From NCBI GenBank assembly GCA_041750915.1, contig JBGSYJ010000241.1:1067-65066 (forward strand): 64,000 nucleotides of DNA, in the 5' to 3' direction. The stretch comes from Thermoanaerobaculia bacterium. GTDB taxonomy: Bacteria; Acidobacteriota; Thermoanaerobaculia; Gp7-AA8. Shown here in pieces: positions 9,913 through 18,014 of this stretch (the first letter of the stretch is position 1; every line of letters starts with the position of its first letter). The position numbers and the translations under genes were made by a program. Below the pieces are notes generated by a model. It searched no databases. It was not told the DNA's origin and worked only from the letters and a program-made list of their open reading frames with translations.

Positions 9913-10755
9913 ATGACAGAACTCGCTTGTGATCACAGCGCGCTCACCGAGATTTTCGAACTGAGGCCCGCCGACCGCGAAGCCGTCGTAGCCGGCCTTC
10001 GCCTTATGGGACGCTTCCGACTCACAACGGTCAATGTCCTCGAGGCGTATGGGCATGGACGCGCACGAATTCGCAAAGAAAAACTCGCCTTCTACAGGAA
10101 TCTTACAGGTGATCTCAACCCTATCGATGCGCCGAACGATCTCTTGCGAAAAAGCGGCATCGCCTACCATGAAGGCAGGAATGAGATCGAAGTCGGCAGC
10201 GCCGAGGCAAGGGCATTGCTTTACGAAACGAAGCTTCCCGAGGACCTCTACCACGAGTCATTCGCCTGGAACAAAGAGCGAAAAGCAGAATTCAAAAAGA
10301 TGCATCAGGAGCTACGACAGGTCTATCAGAAGCATTTCGAGAGCGTCCCCGCCGATCGCGCCAAGACAGTGGGAGACCTCACTAGATACTTTTGCGAGCG
10401 AGTCGACACATATCTCGAATTCCTGATCATTCCATTCTACGAAAGAGCCACGAATCTGACGATCACAAGGGAGAGAGCCTTAGACTTTACGAATAGGAGC
10501 ATGCCTTGGAGGCTCTTTTGGGTCAGCCGGATTCATGCTCTCTTTACTCGAAGCATTCAAGAACAGGGAAGCAGTGATCGGAAAAACGCCGGACAAGTAG
10601 ACCTCGAGTCCGCGATCTATCTTAGCTTGACACACATCTTCGTCACCGCCGACAAGGCGCAGTACGATGCCTTCATCGACATTAACGAATTCAATCCCAC
10701 AAACGCGAGAATTTACTGGTGGCCGGACATCAGGAAAGGCTTCCTAGGTATTTAG
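9913..10755 (+). CDS. Hypothetical protein (280 aa)
   Basis: ORF divergent from the previous gene and convergent with the RT gene. No recognisable motif. Confidence 0.4.
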   Translation: MTELACDHSALTEIFELRPADREAVVAGLRLMGRFRLTTVNVLEAYGHGRARIRKEKLAFYRNLTGDLNPIDAPNDLLRKSGIAYHEGRNEIEVGSAEARALLYETKLPEDLYHESFAWNKERKAEFKKMHQELRQVYQKHFESVPADRAKTVGDLTRYFCERVDTYLEFLIIPFYERATNLTITRERALDFTNRSMPWRLFWVSRIHALFTRSIQEQGSSDRKNAGQVDLESAIYLSLTHIFVTADKAQYDAFIDINEFNPTNARIYWWPDIRKGFLGI

Positions 10756-11004
10756 GCAACAGTCAATGCCGCAACTATTCAAGGGGGTTCTTCGATCGCA
10801 CCTCACAAGTCGGGGCGATAGACTTCGCGACCTTCATATCCGGCAGTGCCATCCTGGGCATACGCACGAAGACTGCCCCTCGGTGGGCGGGTGAAGAGGC
10901 GCGAGTTGACATTGTCCAGCGACGGATGCCGCAGCCCAAAGGGGTAACCCAGTGAGTGCTTCTCGCTTCCTCGTTGCGAAAGCGGCGAGGCCTCTCTACC
11001 CCAC

Positions 11005-12054
11005 TTACCCCAGCGTCCTTTGATCATCAGGTCGCACGACCCGTCGAGATGGTAACCGCTGCTCAGGTTGCCGGTAACGATGTCGGCTCATTCGGTGGCA
11101 CTTTCGACTCTCGCCGCGGGTGGCGCGCGTTCCATGAACCGTAGCAGTGGGCAGCACTGCCGACGCCAGGCATCGAAGCGAAGCACCTTGGGCGCGATTC
11201 ACGCTCGTGACATAGCTGATCTTCCCGTTCAGCGACGCGATTTCGTAATCAAACACGGCATTCTGGCGATTTGCAAGTTCGAGTATGGAGTCGCGGATCG
11301 TGCATATCAGTTCGCGTCCAGCGGAGATTTTGCGATTGACGATGATCCCGGTCAGCTTCTGCTGCTCGCCAGCCGTCATAACGGTTACTTTTGCCGCGCG
11401 TACAGAGTGTCCCATTCTTTTCAGAGCGGCGACAGTCGGTTCGATTGCTTCCCGGGCATGTTGTCCCGAGAATGCAATGTCATCAACGTACATCGTCCAG
11501 TCAAGACCGTAGACGGAGGCGATCTTGGCGATCTCCCGATGGAGAGGAAGCAACACAAGATTCGCGAGCACGGAACTGGTCGGCGCGCCCTGGGGCAGAC
11601 GATGTTGAAATGTCGTGAGCTTCGTCATCAGATCCGCAATCTCACCTGAATACAACAAGGTGTTCCGAAAGACGTCATAGATCGCGCGGTCGTTGATGTT
11701 TGGGAAACAGCTCTTTATGTCAATCGTGACGAGCGTGGGTGCATCCACGTGCACCGCAGCATTGTCCCGTGTCGAACGCCCCTTGATTCCGCCGAGGACT
11801 TGTTCGTCGAAAGGGAGTGTTTGAAGGATCGCGTGATAAATGCGTGACTGGAGGCTTTTGAGTGCGTCAGTGGGGTTATCGATGTGGCGCCATTTGTCGC
11901 GTTCGTGGCGCCGACGATCGAAGGGTTTGTAGTACGAGCCAGCCCGTGCCGCCACTCGGCGAATGTCGGAGCGGTTCCAGTGAAGCAGGCTTTCAAGGCG
12001 TCGCATCGACACCATTGGCTCGAATTGGAAAGCCTTCGTCCGGACAAACTTCAC
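11005..12054 (-). CDS. Reverse transcriptase, retron-like clade
   Basis: NAxxH-like RDNAAVHV before motif 1. IDIKSCFPNI (motifs 1-2). LPQGAPTSSVLANLVL (motif 4, retron-type QGxPTS). YVDDIAFSG (motif 5, YxDD). QKLTGIIVN (motif 7, VTG-like). ~350 aa, with no X/maturase or endonuclease domain and no DGR TR/VR repeats nearby. Confidence 0.75.
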   Translation of the reverse strand: MKFVRTKAFQFEPMVSMRRLESLLHWNRSDIRRVAARAGSYYKPFDRRRHERDKWRHIDNPTDALKSLQSRIYHAILQTLPFDEQVLGGIKGRSTRDNAAVHVDAPTLVTIDIKSCFPNINDRAIYDVFRNTLLYSGEIADLMTKLTTFQHRLPQGAPTSSVLANLVLLPLHREIAKIASVYGLDWTMYVDDIAFSGQHAREAIEPTVAALKRMGHSVRAAKVTVMTAGEQQKLTGIIVNRKISAGRELICTIRDSILELANRQNAVFDYEIASLNGKISYVTSVNRAQGASLRCLASAVLPTATVHGTRATRGESRKCHRMSRHRYRQPEQRLPSRRVVRPDDQRTLG

Positions 12055-12347
12055 TTTGCCGCCGAGTTCTCTTCGAGGATGACTGCGAGCAATTGGCTTC
12101 CGAGCTTTCCGGCTTCGGCTTCGGAAATGCCGTGCAGATCACGCCTTTCCGAGGCGAGAAGCGTGATGAGGTAGATCGGAACCATGAGTGCCTTCGCGAG
12201 AGCTTGTAGTGAAGCAGCGCTCGGTACTCGACGGTTCGCCTCAAGGAGCGAGATGTAACTCGCGTTCAGCTTGGAGCGACGCGCCAGCTCTTTCTGGTCG
12301 AGGTTCTTCGCGGCTCGGATAGTTCTTATCGCTTTACCGTAGTTCAT
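12051..12347 (-). CDS. XRE-family HTH DNA-binding protein, translationally coupled to the RT
   Basis: LDQKELARRSKLNASYISLLEANRRVPSAASLQALAKAL is a Cro/CI-type HTH. Its stop overlaps the RT start. Confidence 0.7.
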   Translation of the reverse strand: MNYGKAIRTIRAAKNLDQKELARRSKLNASYISLLEANRRVPSAASLQALAKALMVPIYLITLLASERRDLHGISEAEAGKLGSQLLAVILEENSAAK

Positions 12348-12424
12348 TCAGCCTTCCCGTGAAGCTGATCAGAGCCTCCGAACATTCGGAAGCTCAAAAC
12401 AGTCAACAGTTCGTTCGAAGCCAA

Positions 12425-12661
12425 TCACTCGCCGCTTACAACGAACGCCAGACACAACTCTCGTGCAAGGTCGTTCCACGCTTTTCGCGTCTTCCGTCGA
12501 TCGCCCACCGCTACCGCGTGGTCGACTTTCTGGAAGAGCGTTTCGAGCCTCTCCATTCGCTTCGGTTCCAATCCTCCGCGGCGGGTGATCTCCCGAAGAG
12601 AGGAGAGCATCGCCTTTGACGTCTTCTTGCTCTTCATAAAACCTCCATTTGGTTGTTTCAC
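12425..12661 (-). CDS. Small basic hypothetical protein (78 aa) upstream of the HTH-RT pair
   Basis: ORF on the same strand as the HTH and RT genes. Lys/Arg-rich. The region could alternatively be non-coding RNA. Confidence 0.25.
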   Translation of the reverse strand: MKQPNGGFMKSKKTSKAMLSSLREITRRGGLEPKRMERLETLFQKVDHAVAVGDRRKTRKAWNDLARELCLAFVVSGE

Positions 12662-13400
12662 CTGATCGCTCCGCGGCGTAATGCCGGCGGCACACAGGTC
12701 TCCCTATTGCTGTGTGGGCTTTCAGGGGCGGAGGTGGAACCGAACTGTTCTGTTCGCTGACTGGTGTCTCCCTCTTCAACGCAGCAGCTTTCACTGTCAC
12801 GACATGAAAGGGATAGACGAGACAACTGTCGTGGCATGCAGCGCGAACGCTGATGCCCACGATGGGCAGGACTCGGATGAATCCTGCGGCAACCCGAAAG
12901 TTGCCCTCAGTAGCCGGCCGTTAGGCCGACCGTGGCAACGGGCTGCAATGCAGCGCGCGCCATTACCCGACACATTCTGGGAGATGAAGAGCTTCAAAGA
13001 ACGCTACCGCGTCGCGCGGCCAAGAGAATTATCATCATCAGTTGATTAAATGTCAAGTGAGATGACTATGAGTAATGTCGCCAAGCTTGGTATTCCGGTT
13101 CCCATCGAGGGAAAGATTTGACGCAACCAGACTCTAAGTCCTGTAGAAAGTTGGGGCCTACAGAGGCCCTCGGCGACACACCGGCCGGCGCCTGGACCCT
13201 AGACTTTGAGGCTCAGTCTGGATGATCTGCGCGGGACTTCATGGGGAGTTCCAAGGCGACTCGTCAAAGATTCGCAGCGGTCCCTGTGCAGTGGTATACC
13301 GGAAGAGGATGTAAGGAACTCCGACATAAGAATGTGGTCTGAGTAGGTCGAGAGCTGGAGTGTGCAAACAGCGATCTTCCCGGATTTCGGTAGGGGGACG
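12662..13400. ncRNA. Highly structured intergenic region (multiple hairpins, 10-bp direct repeat atgcagcgcg at 12835 and 12948); candidate location for an RT-associated ncRNA (msr/msd-like) and a divergent promoter
   Basis: Hairpins read directly: cacacagg..ctgtgtg (12691-12716), cacgaca..tgtcgtg (12797-12830), ggcaac-ccgaaa-gttgcc (12888-12906), ctgtag..ctacag (13141-13163). Confidence 0.25.
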
Positions 13401-13405
13401 ACACC

Positions 13406-15355
13406 ATGGCTTCTAGAGGAGGACGGAAAGTAGGGGCTCCATCTGCAAGGCTTCCGAATAGACCTCGACAACATCAGCTCGAAACCGAGTCACGAAACGC
13501 GTTTCGTAGTGCTATACCCTCTGTGTGGGTGTTTCGAGACCTCGATCAGGATTATGGGATAGACGGCGAGGTCGAGATCTTTGAAGACTCTGGTGAAACA
13601 ACTGGTCTCAAGTTTCTCGTTCAGCTCAAGGCGACCGATCAAATTCTATCTCGTGCTCTTCGCCTTAGAGTGCGCGACTCAGCTGCCGGTTACTATTGGT
13701 CGCTGCAGCTTCCCGTTCTGATCGTTCGTTTCCACGCACCAAGTGAACGAATTTACTTTCGTTGGTTTCATTCGCTCGATCGGTACTACGGCAAAAAGTC
13801 GAAAGACGGGATGAGTTTCAAGCTGACAGATGCCGACGCGTGGGATTTACAGGCTCCTCCCAGAATTCGACGCGTAGTCAACGAATATCTCTCGGTAAAA
13901 TCCTCCCGTCTTCAGTTGCCGTTGATGATTTCCGTGTCAGTCGATGACGCCGGTATTCTAGGTATCCCGGCGCCCGGGATCATTTCGTTTTTGCAACGCC
14001 TCGCTTCAACGGTACGAGAGGTAATACGCTTCAGATGGGACGAGGAAGGCTCGAACTCCCTGATCCTTTCTAAGGAATCCCTCAGGGTCCGACTCGCGGG
14101 TGCCGATGTCTTCACGCTCCACTGGAACAATCAGAAACTGGGGCATTCCAAAGAGTCTCTTGCAAAGGATTCGTTGCTCGCCATTGCACTCTCTCTCGAC
14201 TTTTACGGCCATAGCACGTACGCGGCAACCCTGATCGCAAAGTTCGCTCACGGCTCCATTTTCGTGAGACAACTCGATATGGCCGTTGCCCTCGCCTCAG
14301 TCCTCGGAAGAGCTGGTCACACCTCATCGGCGCTCGAGATCGCTGCAGTTCTGTTCAAAGACGACCAAACGGTCGCGTCCGCACAGGCATTCACCCTGAC
14401 GTTTGTCGTCAATCAACGTGATCTCTCAGACTCGCAACTGAGTCACGGCATCCAGTTTATGCAGTTCCACGCGCAGTGCTTAGAGGATCGGGGTGTGCTG
14501 CGCGATGCAGCTGTTCTTCGCTATAACTGCGGTAGCACTCTTCGAGTCGCGAGTCGGTACCGTGAAGCCATTCGTGAATACCGCGCCGCCGCGAGGCTTG
14601 AGCCTCAGTACCTGCAGAGAAGCTATTTCTGGCGCGAGCTGGCTGGGATGTTGTTCTTGAACAGGCGATTTAATAGAGCAGTATGGGCTTACGAAAAAGC
14701 GCTTGGGCTAGAAGATGAACCGCTAGTTCGGTGTCTGCGGGCGGATGCGCAAATGTTTGCGGGTAAGTACGCGATCGCACTGCAAGCGTTCGAAGAGTGG
14801 GGCCCCCAATGTGACTCACCCGCAGATCTTGAATGGAGATTAAAAGCGATTGCCTTGAAAACGTTGATAGGGGTAGTGGGGCTTTCAGAGCAGCGCAGAT
14901 TCCCCTTGGCGGCTCAGGAAGAGTTCCAAGACAATGACACGTGCGAAGAGGCACTCGCCGATCTCGCCGGAGACGCGTTGTCGGCAAGCGCCTGGGAGCA
15001 TCTGGGTACATGCCGTGTAGATCGGCCAACTGAGGCCGGTCTGAGCCTACTCATCGTCGGACTAATCCACCCTCAACATATCCCGGCGCTAATCTCAGCA
15101 AGCTCACTCTTGAGGGACGTGAATATGGATTTGTCTTGTGAAATACTCTCATTTGCACTTCTGAAAAACCGCGAAGAAGTGAGCGACTTTCTGATTGCGC
15201 TTGGCATCACAACTGAAGAGGGGTCTGCTGATCTAAGTCGAAAGCTGGCAGAGATCATAAGAGTACTACCGGCCTTAGATGACAAGGATGTGCTTCGTTT
15301 TCACCATGATGATTTGTCATTCGATGAGATTGTGAGATATCTCGAGAAAGATTGA
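13406..15355 (+). CDS. DUF4365-like N-terminal (restriction-endonuclease-fold) domain protein with C-terminal TPR-like repeats
   Basis: N-terminal GIDGEVEIFEDSGETTGLKFLVQLKAT matches the DUF4365 pattern. The C-terminal half has TPR-like helical repeats (AIREYRAAARLEPQY..., AVWAYEKALGLEDEP). Confidence 0.45.
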   Translation: MASRGGRKVGAPSARLPNRPRQHQLETESRNAFRSAIPSVWVFRDLDQDYGIDGEVEIFEDSGETTGLKFLVQLKATDQILSRALRLRVRDSAAGYYWSLQLPVLIVRFHAPSERIYFRWFHSLDRYYGKKSKDGMSFKLTDADAWDLQAPPRIRRVVNEYLSVKSSRLQLPLMISVSVDDAGILGIPAPGIISFLQRLASTVREVIRFRWDEEGSNSLILSKESLRVRLAGADVFTLHWNNQKLGHSKESLAKDSLLAIALSLDFYGHSTYAATLIAKFAHGSIFVRQLDMAVALASVLGRAGHTSSALEIAAVLFKDDQTVASAQAFTLTFVVNQRDLSDSQLSHGIQFMQFHAQCLEDRGVLRDAAVLRYNCGSTLRVASRYREAIREYRAAARLEPQYLQRSYFWRELAGMLFLNRRFNRAVWAYEKALGLEDEPLVRCLRADAQMFAGKYAIALQAFEEWGPQCDSPADLEWRLKAIALKTLIGVVGLSEQRRFPLAAQEEFQDNDTCEEALADLAGDALSASAWEHLGTCRVDRPTEAGLSLLIVGLIHPQHIPALISASSLLRDVNMDLSCEILSFALLKNREEVSDFLIALGITTEEGSADLSRKLAEIIRVLPALDDKDVLRFHHDDLSFDEIVRYLEKD

Positions 15356-15410
15356 GAGTAGAGACAACTCTCGACATTAGACTGCTCGCAGGCAAGATTC
15401 CAAGGAACAG

Positions 15411-16226
15411 TTGCCAACAACAATGATTGATTATTCCGAGCCTGGGGCGGTTCTCTGGGCCGTTGATGATTCGGAGCTGACGATCGAAGGGAAGGCCCAC
15501 ACGCTTCTCGGCGCTGTTAGCTTCAGTCACCCGTGGCCGGTGTGCAACGGGATGGCCGAATTGCGGAACCACCTGAACCTTCCGGACGATTTTGAGTTCA
15601 AATGGAACAGCCGAATTGCGAGACCTGCAGACCGAGAGAAAGTGAGCGAGATGTTTCTCCGCATTCTGGCTCGCTCCGTCGGGGTAGTGACTGTCGTTGA
15701 AGGCCGTGACCATCAGAAAGGAGCTGAATTGCTGGCGCAGCAGATCGCCGATTTTCAGCAGCCAAGGACTGCGTCCCTGGCATTAATGGACAACGGGATC
15801 GTCAAGAAGCCGTTCGAGTTTCGTCGATTTCTTAATCAGTCCACAGACGACAACCTTCGCTACTTTCAGTTTGCGAGCGTCGACTCGTCACTCAACGACC
15901 TGATCCAATGTGCAGATATTTTTGCGGGCTTCCTCGCACTCAAAATCAAACTCGCGCTCAACATTGTGAAAGACCGCACGATCACCGACGATGAAGGGGA
16001 GCTATCCCTCTCTTCAGTGATTGAATTCTCTCTACGATACGTCATCTGGGGGGCTCGTAACGAGGTCGCGTTTGATTGGGATAATCAGACCGAGTCGCCT
16101 CCACCCGAGTTTTGGATTAAATATGCGAAGGGTTTCGGCCTGAGAATTCACTCTTCCGTCTCGGAGCACGTGCTCGAAAGGGTTTACTCGCAGGCAGGAA
16201 CCTTCTACATGGGCTGCTTGCATTAG
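15411..16226 (+). CDS. DUF3800-like protein
   Basis: 271 aa. The N-terminal acidic motif WAVDDSE and the C-terminal LIQCADIFAGF (QxxD) resemble the two DUF3800 signature motifs. Confidence 0.4.
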   Translation: MPTTMIDYSEPGAVLWAVDDSELTIEGKAHTLLGAVSFSHPWPVCNGMAELRNHLNLPDDFEFKWNSRIARPADREKVSEMFLRILARSVGVVTVVEGRDHQKGAELLAQQIADFQQPRTASLALMDNGIVKKPFEFRRFLNQSTDDNLRYFQFASVDSSLNDLIQCADIFAGFLALKIKLALNIVKDRTITDDEGELSLSSVIEFSLRYVIWGARNEVAFDWDNQTESPPPEFWIKYAKGFGLRIHSSVSEHVLERVYSQAGTFYMGCLH

Positions 16227-16347
16227 CATCGGCTTACCACTCTGCTACAAGCCTCCACATAACCGCAAACCTTTACGTTGAACAAGTCGCTGATTACGTG
16301 CGCTAGTAAGTAGAAACGTTTCGCACGATACGAAGTACCATGGACAC

Positions 16348-17310
16348 ATGGCAAAACGAGACTTCGTTGCCGAAATTCTCCAACGTCGCGGTAGGTCGAA
16401 ACATAGCTTTGCGGTAGGCAACCTGTTCCGCCGAATGCTTCGACTGGAGATCGCTTTCGATCAGTCAGGCACGATTGATCCCGAAATGATGCGTTATTTT
16501 CCGATAGCGATCGTGGCTTGTATGGAGAGCTTCTTTCGTGCCACGATCAGCGAGTTGATCGACGCGGGCGAGCCGTACACTAACCGACTCGACGAGTTCG
16601 AAAATATGAAGGTGGAGCCCTCGGTGATCAGGGCGATCCACGGGCAGAGGATCACTGCAGGAGAATTTGTCAGCCACCTGGTTCCGATAAACTCGCTGGA
16701 AGATATAGATCGTTCGATCTCGGTTCTAGTAAACGATGACTTCATAAAACGCGTGAAGACTGTTCGGGACCGCTGGGCGATCGAGGTCGAGGGTCAGTTG
16801 GATGCGCCGATTATTGTGGATCCGGGGAAGATAATCGCGGGAGTGAAAGAGGCGTTTCGGATTCGGCACATTCTTGCCCATGAGTTTTCGAATGACGAGA
16901 CGTTGTTCGACCGGACAATGATCGAAGAATCCTTTCGATGTTCGACGACATTCCTGCGCGCAGCGTCTGCGGTCATAAACGAGATTCGCTTTCCCGGCTC
17001 ACCACTCACGCAACTTGCGATGAACGAAAAATCCGCCGATGACTTTGCAACCGCTGATGCTGCGCTAAACGACGCCGTATCAGCACTGAATGAGCTGCTT
17101 GAGAGTGAAGAGCAAAAACTTTTGGCTACAGGGCAGTCAGCGTGGGAAATCACTCGGAACACCACCGCTACCATTGGCGCCAATCTACAAGGGAAGGGAG
17201 GCACAATCTGGCCAGTGCTCTACTATAGTCTCGCTCGAAGTCTCACCGCTACTCGGATGGAAGAGATTCGACACGTGATCGGCATCCATGAGTCGATGCG
17301 GCAGAACTGA
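16348..17310 (+). CDS. Two-domain hypothetical: N-terminal region with a possible HEPN-like Rx6H motif (RIRHILAH), C-terminal DUF1311 (LprI-like) domain
   Basis: The C-terminal segment ADAALNDAVSALNELL...QSAWEITRN...GGTIWPV...LTATRMEEI follows the DUF1311 pattern (ADxxLNxxY, QxAWxxxR, GGS/T). The N-terminal HEPN call is weak. Confidence 0.4.
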   Translation: MAKRDFVAEILQRRGRSKHSFAVGNLFRRMLRLEIAFDQSGTIDPEMMRYFPIAIVACMESFFRATISELIDAGEPYTNRLDEFENMKVEPSVIRAIHGQRITAGEFVSHLVPINSLEDIDRSISVLVNDDFIKRVKTVRDRWAIEVEGQLDAPIIVDPGKIIAGVKEAFRIRHILAHEFSNDETLFDRTMIEESFRCSTTFLRAASAVINEIRFPGSPLTQLAMNEKSADDFATADAALNDAVSALNELLESEEQKLLATGQSAWEITRNTTATIGANLQGKGGTIWPVLYYSLARSLTATRMEEIRHVIGIHESMRQN

Positions 17311-17665
17311 CGCGTCGGCCGAGGATCCGAACTATCGGCGCTGTAAATGAAACTCGACTGCTAACGATTCAGTTCGGTGGACTGATGATGGGCTTGTCTC
17401 GCAATAGCAAAGCTCCAGCTATCCGCGATGCTATTACCTACAACGCGATAATCTGGTGGCCGGGGTAGGCTTGGTCCCAAAAGTCTAGGCGAGCGGCATG
17501 TTTACCGATGTTCAGTTTCAAGTCGAAGTGTCGGACATCCCCCCATCGGTCGCGAATCGTCATCGTGAACTCGAACTGGCTAGGGTGTGGCGTTGGAATA
17601 CTTGTGGGCGCAACAAATGTGTCGCCCGATGGCAAAGTACTCGGGTGCCACGTTGAACCGGGCAT

Positions 17666-17885
17666 CGGGGTCAGACGCGTCTTTCCCAGTGACTTACTCG
17701 CTAATCCAGCAGAGCGTGACGGGTCATGGAGTATATGCGGCTCGCGACATACCTCGCCGAGCGAAGAGCATTTTGTAGTTCGAAGGCGATCTCATTCCGT
17801 CGATCATGACCGCACCGCAGTGTGCGCGACAAGGCGGATCAGCTGTCGGATACAGTAAGTCACTGGGAAAGACGCGTCTGACCCC
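17666..17885. repeat. Perfect 31-bp inverted repeat (ggggtcagacgcgtctttcccagtgacttac / gtaagtcactgggaaagacgcgtctgacccc) flanking 158 bp
   Basis: Read directly. The arms are at 17666-17696 and 17855-17885. Confidence 0.85.
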
Positions 17886-18014
17886 AACGTCCTCCGCTTC
17901 GCCGTGGCGCGCCGGTCGCTGTACGTCCTCCGCCGCCAGGCCCGCAGCGAGTAACAGCGCAAGCTGACAGCGAAAGAGCTTCGCTTCTAAATCGCTCCGA
18001 CCGGTCGCTATCGA

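Noticed and set aside
12662-13400. Direct 10-bp repeat atgcagcgcg (12835 and 12948) as retron a1/a2
   Set aside because: Retron a1/a2 are inverted, not direct, repeats. They are kept only as a marker of the structured region, not as evidence for msr/msd.
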